Source of the DNA: Candidatus Sericytochromatia bacterium
Lineage (GTDB): Bacteria > Cyanobacteriota > Sericytochromatia > S15B-MN24 > UBA4093
DNA length: 64,000 nt
NCBI GenBank assembly: GCA_036676495.1
Contig: JAKFCT010000015.1
Location: 1 to 64,000 of the forward strand
Direction: 5' to 3'
Shown here: one piece after another, positions 27,689-39,057 of the stretch
Position numbering within the stretch: position 1 is the first letter of the stretch
Layout: every line of letters starts with the position of its first letter
Notes under the pieces: generated by a model
What the model saw: the letters and a program-made list of their open reading frames with translations, nothing else
Databases searched by the model: none
Told to the model about the DNA's origin: nothing
Program-made: the position numbers and the translations under genes

Positions 27689-30385
27689 ATGACTTCCTTA
27701 CTATTAAACGCACTCAAAGGACTGGCAATCGTGGAAGAAAGAGAAACAGCCTGGGCATTGCGCGTCGCCGTCGGATTATTCAGTTTGTGCGGTTCCTTGC
27801 TCGTATTCCTCGTGCTTGCTTGGGGCCTCGAGGCCCTCATCGTCCCTCGGCCGCTGGAACCATCCATGGTGGAGTCTCTCTTTGCAGCCCCCTTCGCCGA
27901 TTTCAAGCCCGAAGCCCAGGAGAGAGCGCGCTTCCTGCTGGGGATTGCCGTCTTGCCACTTCTATTGCTTGTCTTCAATGCTCTCGGGCTCCGGCTCGTG
28001 CGTCATGCCTGGGGGACGCATCGACCTCTCGGGTGGCTGCTCGCGCTCGCGAGCCTCGGTCTCGTAGGCTCAGGGGTCGCGCTCATCCGAAATGCCCCCT
28101 TCTTCTGGCAAGGCAGCTTGCCAGCCCAGCAGCCGATCTTGGGAGTCCTGACCGTGAGCTTGCTTGCCATGGGGCTGCTCTGGGCGGGAAAGGCGTACGG
28201 CCGGACGCTACCGCGGGGAATCTACCTCGCCGCCAGCGCCGCGATCAGCCTTCCGGTAGCAGGCTATTACCTCATCAGCGCGGCAGCCATCCAGGATAGC
28301 CCCATCTACGGGTACCATTTCAACGCGGTCTTCCATTCCGTCGTGCAAGTTTTCCTCGGGAAGGGCTTGCTCGTGGACTTCACCAACCAGTACGGGCTCT
28401 ATCCTCATTTCTTGAAGCCCCTCTTCCACCTCACAGGCTTGAGCGTCTTCACGTTCAGCCTGGCCATGGCAGCCCTGGCGTTGCTCTCCTTCGCAGCGCT
28501 GAGCTTGCTACTTGAACGCTTGCTCTCCTCGAAGGTTCTGGCCTTTGCCACCCTCGCGGCGATCATCTTCTTTGCGAGCGTATTCTCGCTCTTGATCATT
28601 CCTGAGGATCGCTATTACCAGTACGTGCCGCTTCGCTTCGTTTTCCCCTCGGTCGGCCTGCTCGTTGCCTGGCTTTATCTCTCAGCCGGCGGAAAGCAAA
28701 AGAGTCGATTGGCCTATTGGAGCATGCACCTGCTCTGCAGCATCGGCGTGCTCTGGAACCTCGACACCGGATTGGTGCTCTTTCTCACGTGGATGCTGCT
28801 GCTGGCCTACCTCGAATGCTTCCAAGGAAGCCTCAAGGACAAGGCCCTTGGAATCCTCAAGCAGGTCGCCATCACCATGGCGGTGCTCGCAGGCGTCGTT
28901 TCCTTGTTCGCCGGCGCCCTCTCCCTTCGGCACGGAGGGAGCCCCAACATCCTGGCAAACCTTGCCTACCAGGGGATTTTCTACGGGTACGGCTTCGCCA
29001 TGCTGCCGATGCCCCTGTTTCACCCATGGATGCTGGTGGCCCTCAGCTACCTGATCGGGCTCGGCACAGCCGTTCAAGCCTTGCTGACGGCCGGCTCGGA
29101 TCGACCGCGAGCCGCCATGACCCTCTTTATTTCCGTGCTTGGGATTGGCCTGTTCAGTTACTACCAGGGGCGCAGCCATGACTTCAACCTGGTTCACGTG
29201 CTGTATCCTGCCCTGCTACTCTGGGCGATGGGACTCGATGCCTTGCAGCGAATCCCCGCGCGGGGCCCGAGGACATCCTTCGCGATGGCCAGGGGCATCG
29301 CTCGGGTTTCTCTGTCTGCCCTGATCGTGATCCCAGGCGCGTCCATGCTCACGAGCCTCCCGCGAATCGCCGAGGTCCTCTCGAACCAATGGCGGAGCCG
29401 AGCTGAGGAGTCAGCGGTCAATCGACGCGCGGACCGACTTGCCGCTCAACTGGCGTCCCACGAGAGCGCCGTGATGCTGTCCTATCATTCCGGGCTTTAC
29501 CATCTCCGGTCACGGACGGCGAACCCCCTCAGACTCCCAGGAATGAGCGAGTTGCTGCTCCAGTCGGATCACCGCAAGCTCGAGGAGTTTCTCCGCACGA
29601 ATCGGGATGTTCCGGTGGTACTCGATAAAACGCTGAAGCTCTATGGCTACGGGCCGGCCGTAGCCGAGCACACGCGAACCTTGTACGCGCTCTACGAGCC
29701 CAACACGGCGGATGCACGGAGTGACGCCATGGTGTTGCGTCGACGCCCGAAGGCCATCACCGCCCCACCCCGAGCGGATGGCTGGCTTGGCGGCAGCTCA
29801 GCAAAAGCGCTGCAGGGAGAGCTGGACGCGACCTGGCCATACTTCCTCGTCGGGCGCGGACATGAGGGCTCAGACCTGCTGCCAATCGGCCAAGCCTTGC
29901 CATCTCCGCCAACGTCGGGCGGCGCGTTCACGGTGGAATTGCTGATCAACCCAGCGCGGGGGCAAGTCGCCTACGCCACCTTGATCAGCACGCACCCTGG
30001 TTCAGGCAACTTCGCAGGATTCGTCGCGCATCATGAGGGAGACTCGGAAAGCGACTACTCCTTCGGCTATGGGAACGGTGAGCACTGGGAGCCGTCTCTC
30101 CCGTTCTCCCTGACTCCGGAGACCTGGAACTACCTTGCGGTCGTCTGCGAAGGGATGCGCGTGAGGCTCTACGTGAATGGCCGCGAAACGGGCTCCCTCC
30201 AGACCTCGAAGGCGATGAAGGAAAGTGACCTACCCCTGACCGTCGGCGACTGGATCCACCAGGGTCGCGCCTTCAACGGCCAGATCAAGGCGTTTGCGAT
30301 CACGGCAGAGCCGACTTCCGCGGAGGCGATCGCCGCCCGATGGCATCAGTTGCAGCGCCGCCTGGAATCGACGGCAAACCGCTAG
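27689..30385 (+). CDS. Multi-pass membrane protein with C-terminal LamG/ConA-like domain (possible GT-C)
   Basis: 898 aa; many TM segments in the first ~560 aa; C-terminal FTVELLINP..WNYLAV..RLYVNG..LTVG..FNGQI LamG pattern. Confidence 0.72.
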   Translation: MTSLLLNALKGLAIVEERETAWALRVAVGLFSLCGSLLVFLVLAWGLEALIVPRPLEPSMVESLFAAPFADFKPEAQERARFLLGIAVLPLLLLVFNALGLRLVRHAWGTHRPLGWLLALASLGLVGSGVALIRNAPFFWQGSLPAQQPILGVLTVSLLAMGLLWAGKAYGRTLPRGIYLAASAAISLPVAGYYLISAAAIQDSPIYGYHFNAVFHSVVQVFLGKGLLVDFTNQYGLYPHFLKPLFHLTGLSVFTFSLAMAALALLSFAALSLLLERLLSSKVLAFATLAAIIFFASVFSLLIIPEDRYYQYVPLRFVFPSVGLLVAWLYLSAGGKQKSRLAYWSMHLLCSIGVLWNLDTGLVLFLTWMLLLAYLECFQGSLKDKALGILKQVAITMAVLAGVVSLFAGALSLRHGGSPNILANLAYQGIFYGYGFAMLPMPLFHPWMLVALSYLIGLGTAVQALLTAGSDRPRAAMTLFISVLGIGLFSYYQGRSHDFNLVHVLYPALLLWAMGLDALQRIPARGPRTSFAMARGIARVSLSALIVIPGASMLTSLPRIAEVLSNQWRSRAEESAVNRRADRLAAQLASHESAVMLSYHSGLYHLRSRTANPLRLPGMSELLLQSDHRKLEEFLRTNRDVPVVLDKTLKLYGYGPAVAEHTRTLYALYEPNTADARSDAMVLRRRPKAITAPPRADGWLGGSSAKALQGELDATWPYFLVGRGHEGSDLLPIGQALPSPPTSGGAFTVELLINPARGQVAYATLISTHPGSGNFAGFVAHHEGDSESDYSFGYGNGEHWEPSLPFSLTPETWNYLAVVCEGMRVRLYVNGRETGSLQTSKAMKESDLPLTVGDWIHQGRAFNGQIKAFAITAEPTSAEAIAARWHQLQRRLESTANR

Positions 30386-30389
30386 CGAT

Positions 30390-31382
30390 TCAGGGAAGAG
30401 TTCGGCTGGCTTCCACCTGCGACGAGAGTTGAGTCAACCAGGCCTGGTAGATCTCATTCAGCGTTTGCGTCAAGGTATACTGGCGCCGCCATCCCACTTC
30501 GGCTTCCAGCTTACCTGCCGAGCCAACCAGCTTGGGGACATCGCTGGGGCGCATGCGCGCGGGGTCTGAGACGATCATGACGTCGAGGCCCGAGAGGGCG
30601 ATCAACTCGTCGAGGATGTGCTGAATCGGCACGGCATCGCCGCTACAGATATTGTAGAGCTCCCCGGGCCGGCCTCTCTCAGCCAGCAGGGCATACGCCC
30701 TGACGACGTCTCGCACATCCGTGAAGTCCCGCGCGGCGTCCAGGTTCCCCACCATGATCTCGGGTGACCGAAGGCCGAGGGCGATCTCAGCAAGCTGCTT
30801 GGCAAAGCTGCTGACCACAAACCGCTCCGATTGTCCCGGCCCGATGTGATTGAAGGGAACGGGGAGCACCACGCGCATGCCAAAAGAGGCCGCATACTGC
30901 CGACCCACATGAATGAGCGAGGCTTTACTCGCAGCGTACGGATTCTGGGGGTTGAAGGGGGTCTCCTCGGTGAGGGGAAGCTTATCGGGGGTCACCTTGC
31001 CGTAGATCTCGGCCGATGCGACCAGCAAGACGATCGGATCGTAGGACGGGTCCCGCCTTCTCAAGGCCTGTAGGGCCTCGAGAAGGTGGATGGGCCCAAC
31101 CACGTTCGTTTCGAAAGTCCCCGCCGGATCCTCGTAGGACGCAGGCACGAAGCTCTGTGCAGCCAGATGAACGATCCGGTCCGGTTGGACCTGAGCCACT
31201 GCAGCCCGGATACTCTCCGGGCTGGTCAGATCCATCTGGAGCGGGACGGCACCCGACCGATTGAAGGCAGGGGGCTCACCGGGCCGGTGCGTCAAGAAGA
31301 CATCACAAGCATCCAGTTGCGGATCTGCCAGCAGAGTCTTCCCGACGAAGCCGGATGCCCCGGTGATGAGGACGCGGGGCAT
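30390..31382 (-). CDS. rmd: GDP-4-keto-6-deoxymannose reductase-like SDR (Rmd)
   Basis: ITGASGFVG, HLAAQSFVP, PYAASK, PFNHIGPGQ, GNLDAARDFTDVRD; directly downstream of gmd. Confidence 0.8.
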   Translation of the reverse strand: MPRVLITGASGFVGKTLLADPQLDACDVFLTHRPGEPPAFNRSGAVPLQMDLTSPESIRAAVAQVQPDRIVHLAAQSFVPASYEDPAGTFETNVVGPIHLLEALQALRRRDPSYDPIVLLVASAEIYGKVTPDKLPLTEETPFNPQNPYAASKASLIHVGRQYAASFGMRVVLPVPFNHIGPGQSERFVVSSFAKQLAEIALGLRSPEIMVGNLDAARDFTDVRDVVRAYALLAERGRPGELYNICSGDAVPIQHILDELIALSGLDVMIVSDPARMRPSDVPKLVGSAGKLEAEVGWRRQYTLTQTLNEIYQAWLTQLSSQVEASRTLP

Positions 31383-31384
31383 TC

Positions 31385-32470
<1,086 letters not shown>

Positions 32471-32598
32471 TTACGATCGTCCCCAACCTTGCGAAGGCCG
32501 CCCTTCATGCACCAGTCTACCACCCTAGTCCAGCCACTCGGCAAGCTTTCCAGCCGAACATGCCCCCATTCAGGCCAGAGTTTGCCGATTCTACCCCG

Positions 32599-35013
32599 TC
32601 AGGAGGGTAGCGCGAGGGATGATTCCTGAGCCAGCAGGCTTCCCAGTTCTACGCGTAGGATATCGGCGAGGACTTGCCAATCAAAGCGAGCCTCGGCCTC
32701 CCGTCTCGCTTGCGCGGCCAGCTGACTCCTCAGGGCAGGGTCTGAGAGGAGCGCCTGGATAGCCTGAGGGAACTCCGCCTCCGGCGCTTGATAATACTCC
32801 CGCATCGCCTCAACCGCGAGACCGCGAGCACCGAATTCGGTCGAGAGTACGGGAGTCCCGGCCGCAAAGTAATCGAGCATCTTGAGGTTCGAGCCGGATC
32901 CGCTGGTCATCGGGTTGATGGCCAAGGTCGCTTTGTGAAGGAGGAAGGCCTTCATATCGTCGTCCACCAATCCGCATAGCGCCACATTGCGCGGCAACCT
33001 GCGCCCCTCGAAGGCCATGCAGTGGCTCCCCACCAAGATGAACGCGACATGCGGCACGCGTCGCGCGTACTCGATGATGCGCTCCGCAGCCTCGAGGTTC
33101 GGCGGATGCCAGCTTCCCATGAAGAGGACGACGGGGGGAGATCCGGGGGGCTGCAGTTTTGCGCGTTCCTCCGGACCCATGAAGGGGACAGAAGCAATCT
33201 CCACGCCATTCGGCACGACGAAGCGTTTTGCCGGAGTCTCGCCGTAAAGTTCCTCGAGCCGGTAGGCATCTTCTTGCGAGCACGTGAAGATCAGCTTCGA
33301 AAGGCGACAAGCATCGGCTTCAACCTGCTGCGTCAGCGCCGCCAACTCACGACCGATCGACGTGCCGGAGAGAACATGCCCCTTGAGATCGGCCTCGATG
33401 TTGTGGGCCTCATAAGCAAGCGGAATATCCCCGCGGACGGCCTCGATCACGGGAAGCATGTAGGGATGGGAGGCGATCACGAGGTCCGCATCCACAAGGG
33501 CCCGCCGCAACGTCTCCTGGTAGGCCGGGGTCATGGAAATGAGGCGTGGCATGGCGACATCCGTGACCGGAATTCGAGTCTTTCGCTCGATCTCGCTCTC
33601 CGCCTGCTGATGGGCCGCACTCTTTGGCACCCGGCTCTCCGTCAGATTGGGCGCGATCTCACCTTTGAAGGCCTTTTCCCCGGCAGGCGCCATGCTGACA
33701 ATCTCGATGTCATAATCTCGTGCGAGTGCCTTGTAGAGGTAATAGATGCGGTTTTGCCCCCCTCCTTGCGGGGGGTAAACGGGGAATGTCGTCGTGACGA
33801 CGATCTTCGGCCTACTCCGAACGCTGTCGAGCGATGCTGACGGAGTGCTCACGGCATCAGGAACGAGCGCCTCAATGACGCTCCCCCAGGTGATGGAACT
33901 GACTCGGTCAGCAGCAATGCGTCCCATGCGCTCGGCCTCGGCGGGATTCTCGATCAGGTAGTTGAGTCGCTCAGCGAGCGCCTGGGGATTTGGCGTTACG
34001 GAAAATCCCGTCTCGTGGTCCACGACGAACTCATTGGGCCCGCCCGAATCACAACAGGTAACGACCGGCTTGGCGCAACGCATGGCCTCCAGGGTGATGA
34101 GCCCATAGTCTTCTTGATAGGGGACATACGGCACCGCCAAGGCATCGGCGTAGTAATCCGCAAGCTCATCGTCGTTGACAAAGCCCAAGAACTCGATCCG
34201 GGGATCCTGGCCGGCCATGGCGCGAAGTTCGGCTTCCATGGGGCCGGTGCCCGCAATTTTCAGCTGAATATCGTGGGGCACATGCCGCATGGCCTCGATG
34301 AGAAGGCCGATTCGCTTGGGGCTGTCGAGCCGGCTGGCGGTAAACAGGTAGCGGTAGTGACCCTGCGGGAACTTCTTGAGAAAGGACGGCGGATAGGCAA
34401 CCGTGACGGGGGCCTGGGCCGGAAAGTACTCGGCGCGATCGGCGACGGTCCTCGAAATGGCCAAAAACCGCTTTACCGAACCATTGGACATGGCCCGATC
34501 GTCCAAGAAGTGGATGATCTGACGGATGAAGGGCCCAGGAAAGCGAAAATAATCCTGCGGCAGGGACGCCGCACGACCTCGGAGTTCATGAAGCGCGGCA
34601 AAGAGCCGCTCAATCGCATCTCGGTTGCTACCTCCCGGCTGTTCAAGGATTTCAAGCACGCGCTTGACGTCCGGCTGAGTGGCGTGAAAGGTAGTCGGCT
34701 CACCGGTGAAGTGGTAGGTGTCGTAGAGCCCCCGCAAGCGATGCGCCATGTAGCAGACATGGTTGGGATGCTGAATCATCCATCCGGGATACTTCACCGT
34801 CAGCACCATGTCGAAGTGCGAGACATCCAGTCGGAAGAAGCGCTCGTAGGAGTCCAGCAACTCCCAGAATGATCCTTCGGGCGAGGGGAGCTTGATCAGC
34901 TCGACGTGATGCGGAGTGCTTTGATTGAAGTTGGACTGCAATCCCCAGAGCAGGTTCTCGATCCCCCCGACAACGAAGGGAACGGGGCTAGAACCCACGA
35001 TACCGATGTTCAT
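32599..35013 (-). CDS. Two-domain GT4 glycosyltransferase
   Basis: 804 aa; first GT-B module with EDYGLITLEAM, second with GSGSNLKMLDY. Confidence 0.88.
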   Translation of the reverse strand: MNIGIVGSSPVPFVVGGIENLLWGLQSNFNQSTPHHVELIKLPSPEGSFWELLDSYERFFRLDVSHFDMVLTVKYPGWMIQHPNHVCYMAHRLRGLYDTYHFTGEPTTFHATQPDVKRVLEILEQPGGSNRDAIERLFAALHELRGRAASLPQDYFRFPGPFIRQIIHFLDDRAMSNGSVKRFLAISRTVADRAEYFPAQAPVTVAYPPSFLKKFPQGHYRYLFTASRLDSPKRIGLLIEAMRHVPHDIQLKIAGTGPMEAELRAMAGQDPRIEFLGFVNDDELADYYADALAVPYVPYQEDYGLITLEAMRCAKPVVTCCDSGGPNEFVVDHETGFSVTPNPQALAERLNYLIENPAEAERMGRIAADRVSSITWGSVIEALVPDAVSTPSASLDSVRSRPKIVVTTTFPVYPPQGGGQNRIYYLYKALARDYDIEIVSMAPAGEKAFKGEIAPNLTESRVPKSAAHQQAESEIERKTRIPVTDVAMPRLISMTPAYQETLRRALVDADLVIASHPYMLPVIEAVRGDIPLAYEAHNIEADLKGHVLSGTSIGRELAALTQQVEADACRLSKLIFTCSQEDAYRLEELYGETPAKRFVVPNGVEIASVPFMGPEERAKLQPPGSPPVVLFMGSWHPPNLEAAERIIEYARRVPHVAFILVGSHCMAFEGRRLPRNVALCGLVDDDMKAFLLHKATLAINPMTSGSGSNLKMLDYFAAGTPVLSTEFGARGLAVEAMREYYQAPEAEFPQAIQALLSDPALRSQLAAQARREAEARFDWQVLADILRVELGSLLAQESSLALPS

Positions 35014-36249
35014 TTAGCCCTCCTTATTCCCGTTCGTCGCAGTCGCTACCAAGGCCGCCTCGACCTGATCAATGGCACGCTCCCACGTAAAGTCGCGACT
35101 CTTCTCGTATGCCTTGCGCCCCATCGCTTCGGCAACCCGAGGGTCGGAAAGCTCGCGGATGGCCTCGGCGATGGCCTCTCCCGTCGGTGGAACGATGAAA
35201 CCGTCGACCCCATGTGTGATGAGCTCGAGGTAGCCTCCCCCGTCCTCGCACGCGATGACCGGCTTGCCGAAGGCCATCGCTTCAATCGCCGTCAGGCCAT
35301 AGTCTTCTTCGTACGCGGGGCAGACGACGCAAAGCGCGTCGGCATACTCTCGAATGAGACGATCTTTGGAGACGCGACCGGTGAACTCGACGTTCGATCG
35401 ATAGCCCCGGCCTGCGAGCTCTTGCTCGAGCTTTCGGACATCCATTCGATCGGTACTGAAGATGATCTCCTGCCAGAGCTTCCGGTCGTCCACCTCCTCC
35501 AAGGCCACCACATGCTGATGCGAAAGGTAGGTGTCAATCCGCTTGAGCGCCTCGGTCTTCCCCCCGACACCCACGAGCTTGCCGGTCATCTCGGGAAGAT
35601 GCTTCATGGCATGGATAAAGAGCTCGGGGCGCTTGGGAAACTCATGGCGGCCGATACAGACGGGCTCCCGGAAGTGGGTCGGGCCCTGATAATGGTAGTA
35701 GTCGACATCCATCCCGACGTGGCAAACCTGAACGTTTTCTTCCAGGCCGTTGAACTGCGCTAACCGCTGCTTGATATGGTGGCTTCCTGCCAAGATCGTG
35801 AGGTCCTTCGAAAGGTAAGGCTGATCGATCTCTCGGATGATCTCCGCCGCGAAGCGCAGGATCGATTCCCCGTATAGACCTGCCTCGATGGCCGCGGGCA
35901 GCAAATCGTAGCAGAACTTGAGGTGATGGTAGAACAGCGCCACGTGCCGGGGATGACGTACGGCGAACGAGGGCGGCATGTTGCTGATGACCGCGTCATA
36001 CGCACTCAGATCCAGCGCTTCAAATTGAAGGACCAGGTTGACGTAAGCAAAGAACTCGGGGAACTGGCGGAGAATGGGATCCGAGACCGGAAACGGCAGA
36101 TGGGAGGTAGTGGACCCGGTCGCATCCACATGGACCGTCTCCACCCCATGGCCGCGCTCCCTCAAGGCGGAGGCAATCTTGTCCAGGACGATCTCATAGC
36201 CTCCGACGATCCGGTAATCGGGTTTGACGATCGCGATCCGCAAGCCCAT
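35014..36249 (-). CDS. GT4 glycosyltransferase
   Basis: EDYGLTAIEAMAFGKPVI; resembles the N-terminal half of the 804-aa neighbour. Confidence 0.88.
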   Translation of the reverse strand: MGLRIAIVKPDYRIVGGYEIVLDKIASALRERGHGVETVHVDATGSTTSHLPFPVSDPILRQFPEFFAYVNLVLQFEALDLSAYDAVISNMPPSFAVRHPRHVALFYHHLKFCYDLLPAAIEAGLYGESILRFAAEIIREIDQPYLSKDLTILAGSHHIKQRLAQFNGLEENVQVCHVGMDVDYYHYQGPTHFREPVCIGRHEFPKRPELFIHAMKHLPEMTGKLVGVGGKTEALKRIDTYLSHQHVVALEEVDDRKLWQEIIFSTDRMDVRKLEQELAGRGYRSNVEFTGRVSKDRLIREYADALCVVCPAYEEDYGLTAIEAMAFGKPVIACEDGGGYLELITHGVDGFIVPPTGEAIAEAIRELSDPRVAEAMGRKAYEKSRDFTWERAIDQVEAALVATATNGNKEG

Positions 36250-36678
36250 CTACACCGATCCTCGTTGCTGGGCAATCGTCGCCTCAAGCGCCTCGAGCCT
36301 GCGGCGAAGTTCTTGATTTTCCTTGAACAACAGGTCTCGATCCTGTAGGAGGCTGGCAGCCAAGGTGGTAAGCGCCTTGTTCACGTCGGTTTGCTGGCGG
36401 GTGATGGGAGCGAGAAGCTTCCAAAGGACGCGGCGCACAATCATGATCGCTTTTCCGACCTTCTTTCGGTGGGAAAAAGGAATCGGTACGCCGGCGAGAT
36501 CACCGAGATGCTGAAGTTGCTTCAGATGGATACCGTCCATGTGGCGATGGAAGTCGTTGCGCGCCACAGGCGCCTGCCCGCGGCGGCGGCGAAACTCTTC
36601 CCGAATCTGATCCATGACGGCCATCGCATCGATAGCTGCCTCATCGTGAGGCGGGGGGATGAGAGTGTCTTGAGACAT
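36250..36678 (-). CDS. Small coiled-coil protein
   Basis: 142 aa, tightly packed in operon; heptad C-terminus ENQELRRRLEALE. Confidence 0.7.
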   Translation of the reverse strand: MSQDTLIPPPHDEAAIDAMAVMDQIREEFRRRRGQAPVARNDFHRHMDGIHLKQLQHLGDLAGVPIPFSHRKKVGKAIMIVRRVLWKLLAPITRQQTDVNKALTTLAASLLQDRDLLFKENQELRRRLEALEATIAQQRGSV

Positions 36679-36687
36679 GCGACGTCC

Positions 36688-37803
36688 TCAACAAGTAGAC
36701 AAGGGGCGGCGAACGATAATGGCGAAGTCCATGAAGCGATCGCCCCCCGCAGGCTGGCCCTCGTGCGCGCGAAGGGTGGTCTCCGGGCTAGCCGGTGACG
36801 AGCTGAACAGGAACTCGACGGCTTCAAATCCCTTGGACTCCGCCAAGAACATCAAGAGATCCGGATGCACGGGCCTTTCATGAGTTGGATCCAGGTAGAA
36901 GTTGGCAAGCGCGGTGGGGCAGATGGGGTTGACCGTTTCGGCAATCAAAACTCCGCCGGGCCGCAGCTTCTCCATGGCTAAGCCGAACAAGGTTGCGACA
37001 GCCGATGGAGTCATGTGCTCCACGACCTGCCCCAAGAAGATGGCCCCGAGGCTGGCCTCCGGGAGGCGTTGTAGATAAGCAAAGGCATCGTCATGGTCAA
37101 CTTCGAGCCCGATGGAACGACAGAACTCCGCCATGTCCCGCTCGAGATCCACCCCCCGGCCCTGGATGCCCGCATGCTTGAGAAGTTCCAGGAATTCCCC
37201 CCGGCCGCACCCAATATCCAGAACGGGGGCCTGTCCCTCGACATAGGGCAAATAAATTCGATGACGTTCCCGGATGATGTCCCGAGGGCCCCGGAAGCGT
37301 GCCTCGAACTTGAAGTAATCAATCGCATCGGAATAGGAAGCCGGCACGCTTGCCACTTCCGAAAGGAGGACTTGAGGAACCGCCTTCGAGCCCTCAAGGT
37401 TCCGCTCCAATCGACTGAGGCGATGCTCGAGCATGGCACTATCGGCGAGCCCCCGGAGGGATTCCAGTTGGGACTGGACGCGTTGAAGTTGGCTGCGAAG
37501 TTCCCGATTCTCGGCATCCAAGAGGCGGAACTCCTCAGCAAGGCGGTCCTGGACGACTGCTGCGGCCTTGCTCTCATTGAGATGGCCTAGCAGATCCTGA
37601 GCCGACTCCAGGGCGGCGATGACCTGCCTGTTGAAGGCTGATTGGGGGCGGCACAGGAAGTTGATAAACCGCCTGCGGAGAGAAGTTTGGGCACCTGCTG
37701 ACGGATCCCAGTCCTGGCGCATGGAGCGGACGCTATCGGCGAGAATCTCCAGCGCTCCAGAGAGCGCCGTTCCCCTACCCGGTTCCCTGGCTTCAGTCGT
37801 CAT
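36688..37803 (-). CDS. Coiled-coil + class I SAM methyltransferase (candidate glycan chain-capping enzyme)
   Basis: N-terminal heptads; FEARFRG, VLDIGCGRGEFL, QVVEH, ETVNP, FYLDPTH; adjacent to wzt. Confidence 0.82.
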   Translation of the reverse strand: MTTEAREPGRGTALSGALEILADSVRSMRQDWDPSAGAQTSLRRRFINFLCRPQSAFNRQVIAALESAQDLLGHLNESKAAAVVQDRLAEEFRLLDAENRELRSQLQRVQSQLESLRGLADSAMLEHRLSRLERNLEGSKAVPQVLLSEVASVPASYSDAIDYFKFEARFRGPRDIIRERHRIYLPYVEGQAPVLDIGCGRGEFLELLKHAGIQGRGVDLERDMAEFCRSIGLEVDHDDAFAYLQRLPEASLGAIFLGQVVEHMTPSAVATLFGLAMEKLRPGGVLIAETVNPICPTALANFYLDPTHERPVHPDLLMFLAESKGFEAVEFLFSSSPASPETTLRAHEGQPAGGDRFMDFAIIVRRPLSTC

Positions 37804-37832
37804 AGGTTCCTTTCGCTCGATGTCACCGCTGA

Positions 37833-39056
37833 CTAAACCGAAGCCCCAAGACTCACCTGGGCATCTAGGTTCGTCAGGCCACTGGCCTTGCGCGATCCTA
37901 ACACCTTGAGAAAGATCGCGTCATCCACCCAATCGCAGCTGACGCCCTCGGCCGTATGTACAGCCAGGGTGACCGCGTAGTCCCCGGTACCTAGCCAAGC
38001 ATTCAATCGGAAACGAACATCAATTTCGCTACCGGCGTGGACCGGCCCGATGGAAAGGTCCTGAAGCTCCGTATTAGTCCCGTAGAGGTCCACCCCCAAC
38101 CGGTTGCGCAGCATCATGCCGACGACCGGATTCTCGAGCGGGCGCTGAAACTTCACCCGGACTTGGACCACGACGACATCTCCCGAGGCGACCACTTCAA
38201 TGGCATCCCCCTCGACCCCGAGCAACCGTACCCCGACGATCTCGGCATCCCCGTTGCCATGCCGATAGCTCCCCTTTACCGCGCCCTCTTCCTTGGCGGC
38301 ATCCTGAAGGCCCTCTTCCGCCGCCATCACGATGGCTTGATACTGGTTGATGATGGCGTAAGGTTCTCCCTCGCCCACAAGCACTCCTCGGTCGATGAGC
38401 AAGGCGTAATCGCATAGGCTCTTGACCGCACTGAGATCATGCGAAACAAAGAAGATTGTAACCCCTTGATCCTTGAGTTCCTTGATACGGCGCATGCAGC
38501 GGTATTGAAAAACGGCATCCCCCACCGCCAGAGCCTCGTCGACGAGCAGGATATCAGGATCGACGTTGATAGCCGTCGCGAAGGCGAGGCGCACGTACAT
38601 CCCGCTGGAGTAGGTCTTGACCGGCTGATCGATAAAGTCGCCAATCTCGGCGAACTGACAAATCCTGGGGAAGCGCTCCTCCATCTCGGCGCGGGAAAAC
38701 CCCATGATAGCCCCGTTGATCATGACATTCTCACGGCCGGTGAACTCAGGATTGAAGCCGGCCCCCAGCTCAAGCAGAGCCGAGACGCGACCGTTGACCG
38801 ACACCGAACCCTCCGAAGGCTGGAGGGTTCCGGCCAGGATTTGCAGCAAGGTGCTCTTCCCCGAGCCGTTTCGACCAATCACACCGATGGTCCGACCGCG
38901 AGGAATCTCGAAGCTGACGTCGTGAAGCGCATGGAACTCTTGATGATAAATCCGGCGCCCGCGCGTCACCAGCTCCTTCAAGCGATCGAGCGGGCGACGG
39001 TAGAGCGGATACTTCTTCGATAAGTGCCGAACGGCAATGGCTACAGGCGCTTGCAT
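37833..39056 (-). CDS. wzt: ABC polysaccharide exporter ATP-binding subunit with C-terminal carbohydrate-binding domain
   Basis: GRNGSGKST, YSSGM, LLVDEALAVGD, ~150-aa Wzt_C-like tail. Confidence 0.95.
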   Translation of the reverse strand: MQAPVAIAVRHLSKKYPLYRRPLDRLKELVTRGRRIYHQEFHALHDVSFEIPRGRTIGVIGRNGSGKSTLLQILAGTLQPSEGSVSVNGRVSALLELGAGFNPEFTGRENVMINGAIMGFSRAEMEERFPRICQFAEIGDFIDQPVKTYSSGMYVRLAFATAINVDPDILLVDEALAVGDAVFQYRCMRRIKELKDQGVTIFFVSHDLSAVKSLCDYALLIDRGVLVGEGEPYAIINQYQAIVMAAEEGLQDAAKEEGAVKGSYRHGNGDAEIVGVRLLGVEGDAIEVVASGDVVVVQVRVKFQRPLENPVVGMMLRNRLGVDLYGTNTELQDLSIGPVHAGSEIDVRFRLNAWLGTGDYAVTLAVHTAEGVSCDWVDDAIFLKVLGSRKASGLTNLDAQVSLGASV

Positions 39057-39057
39057 A

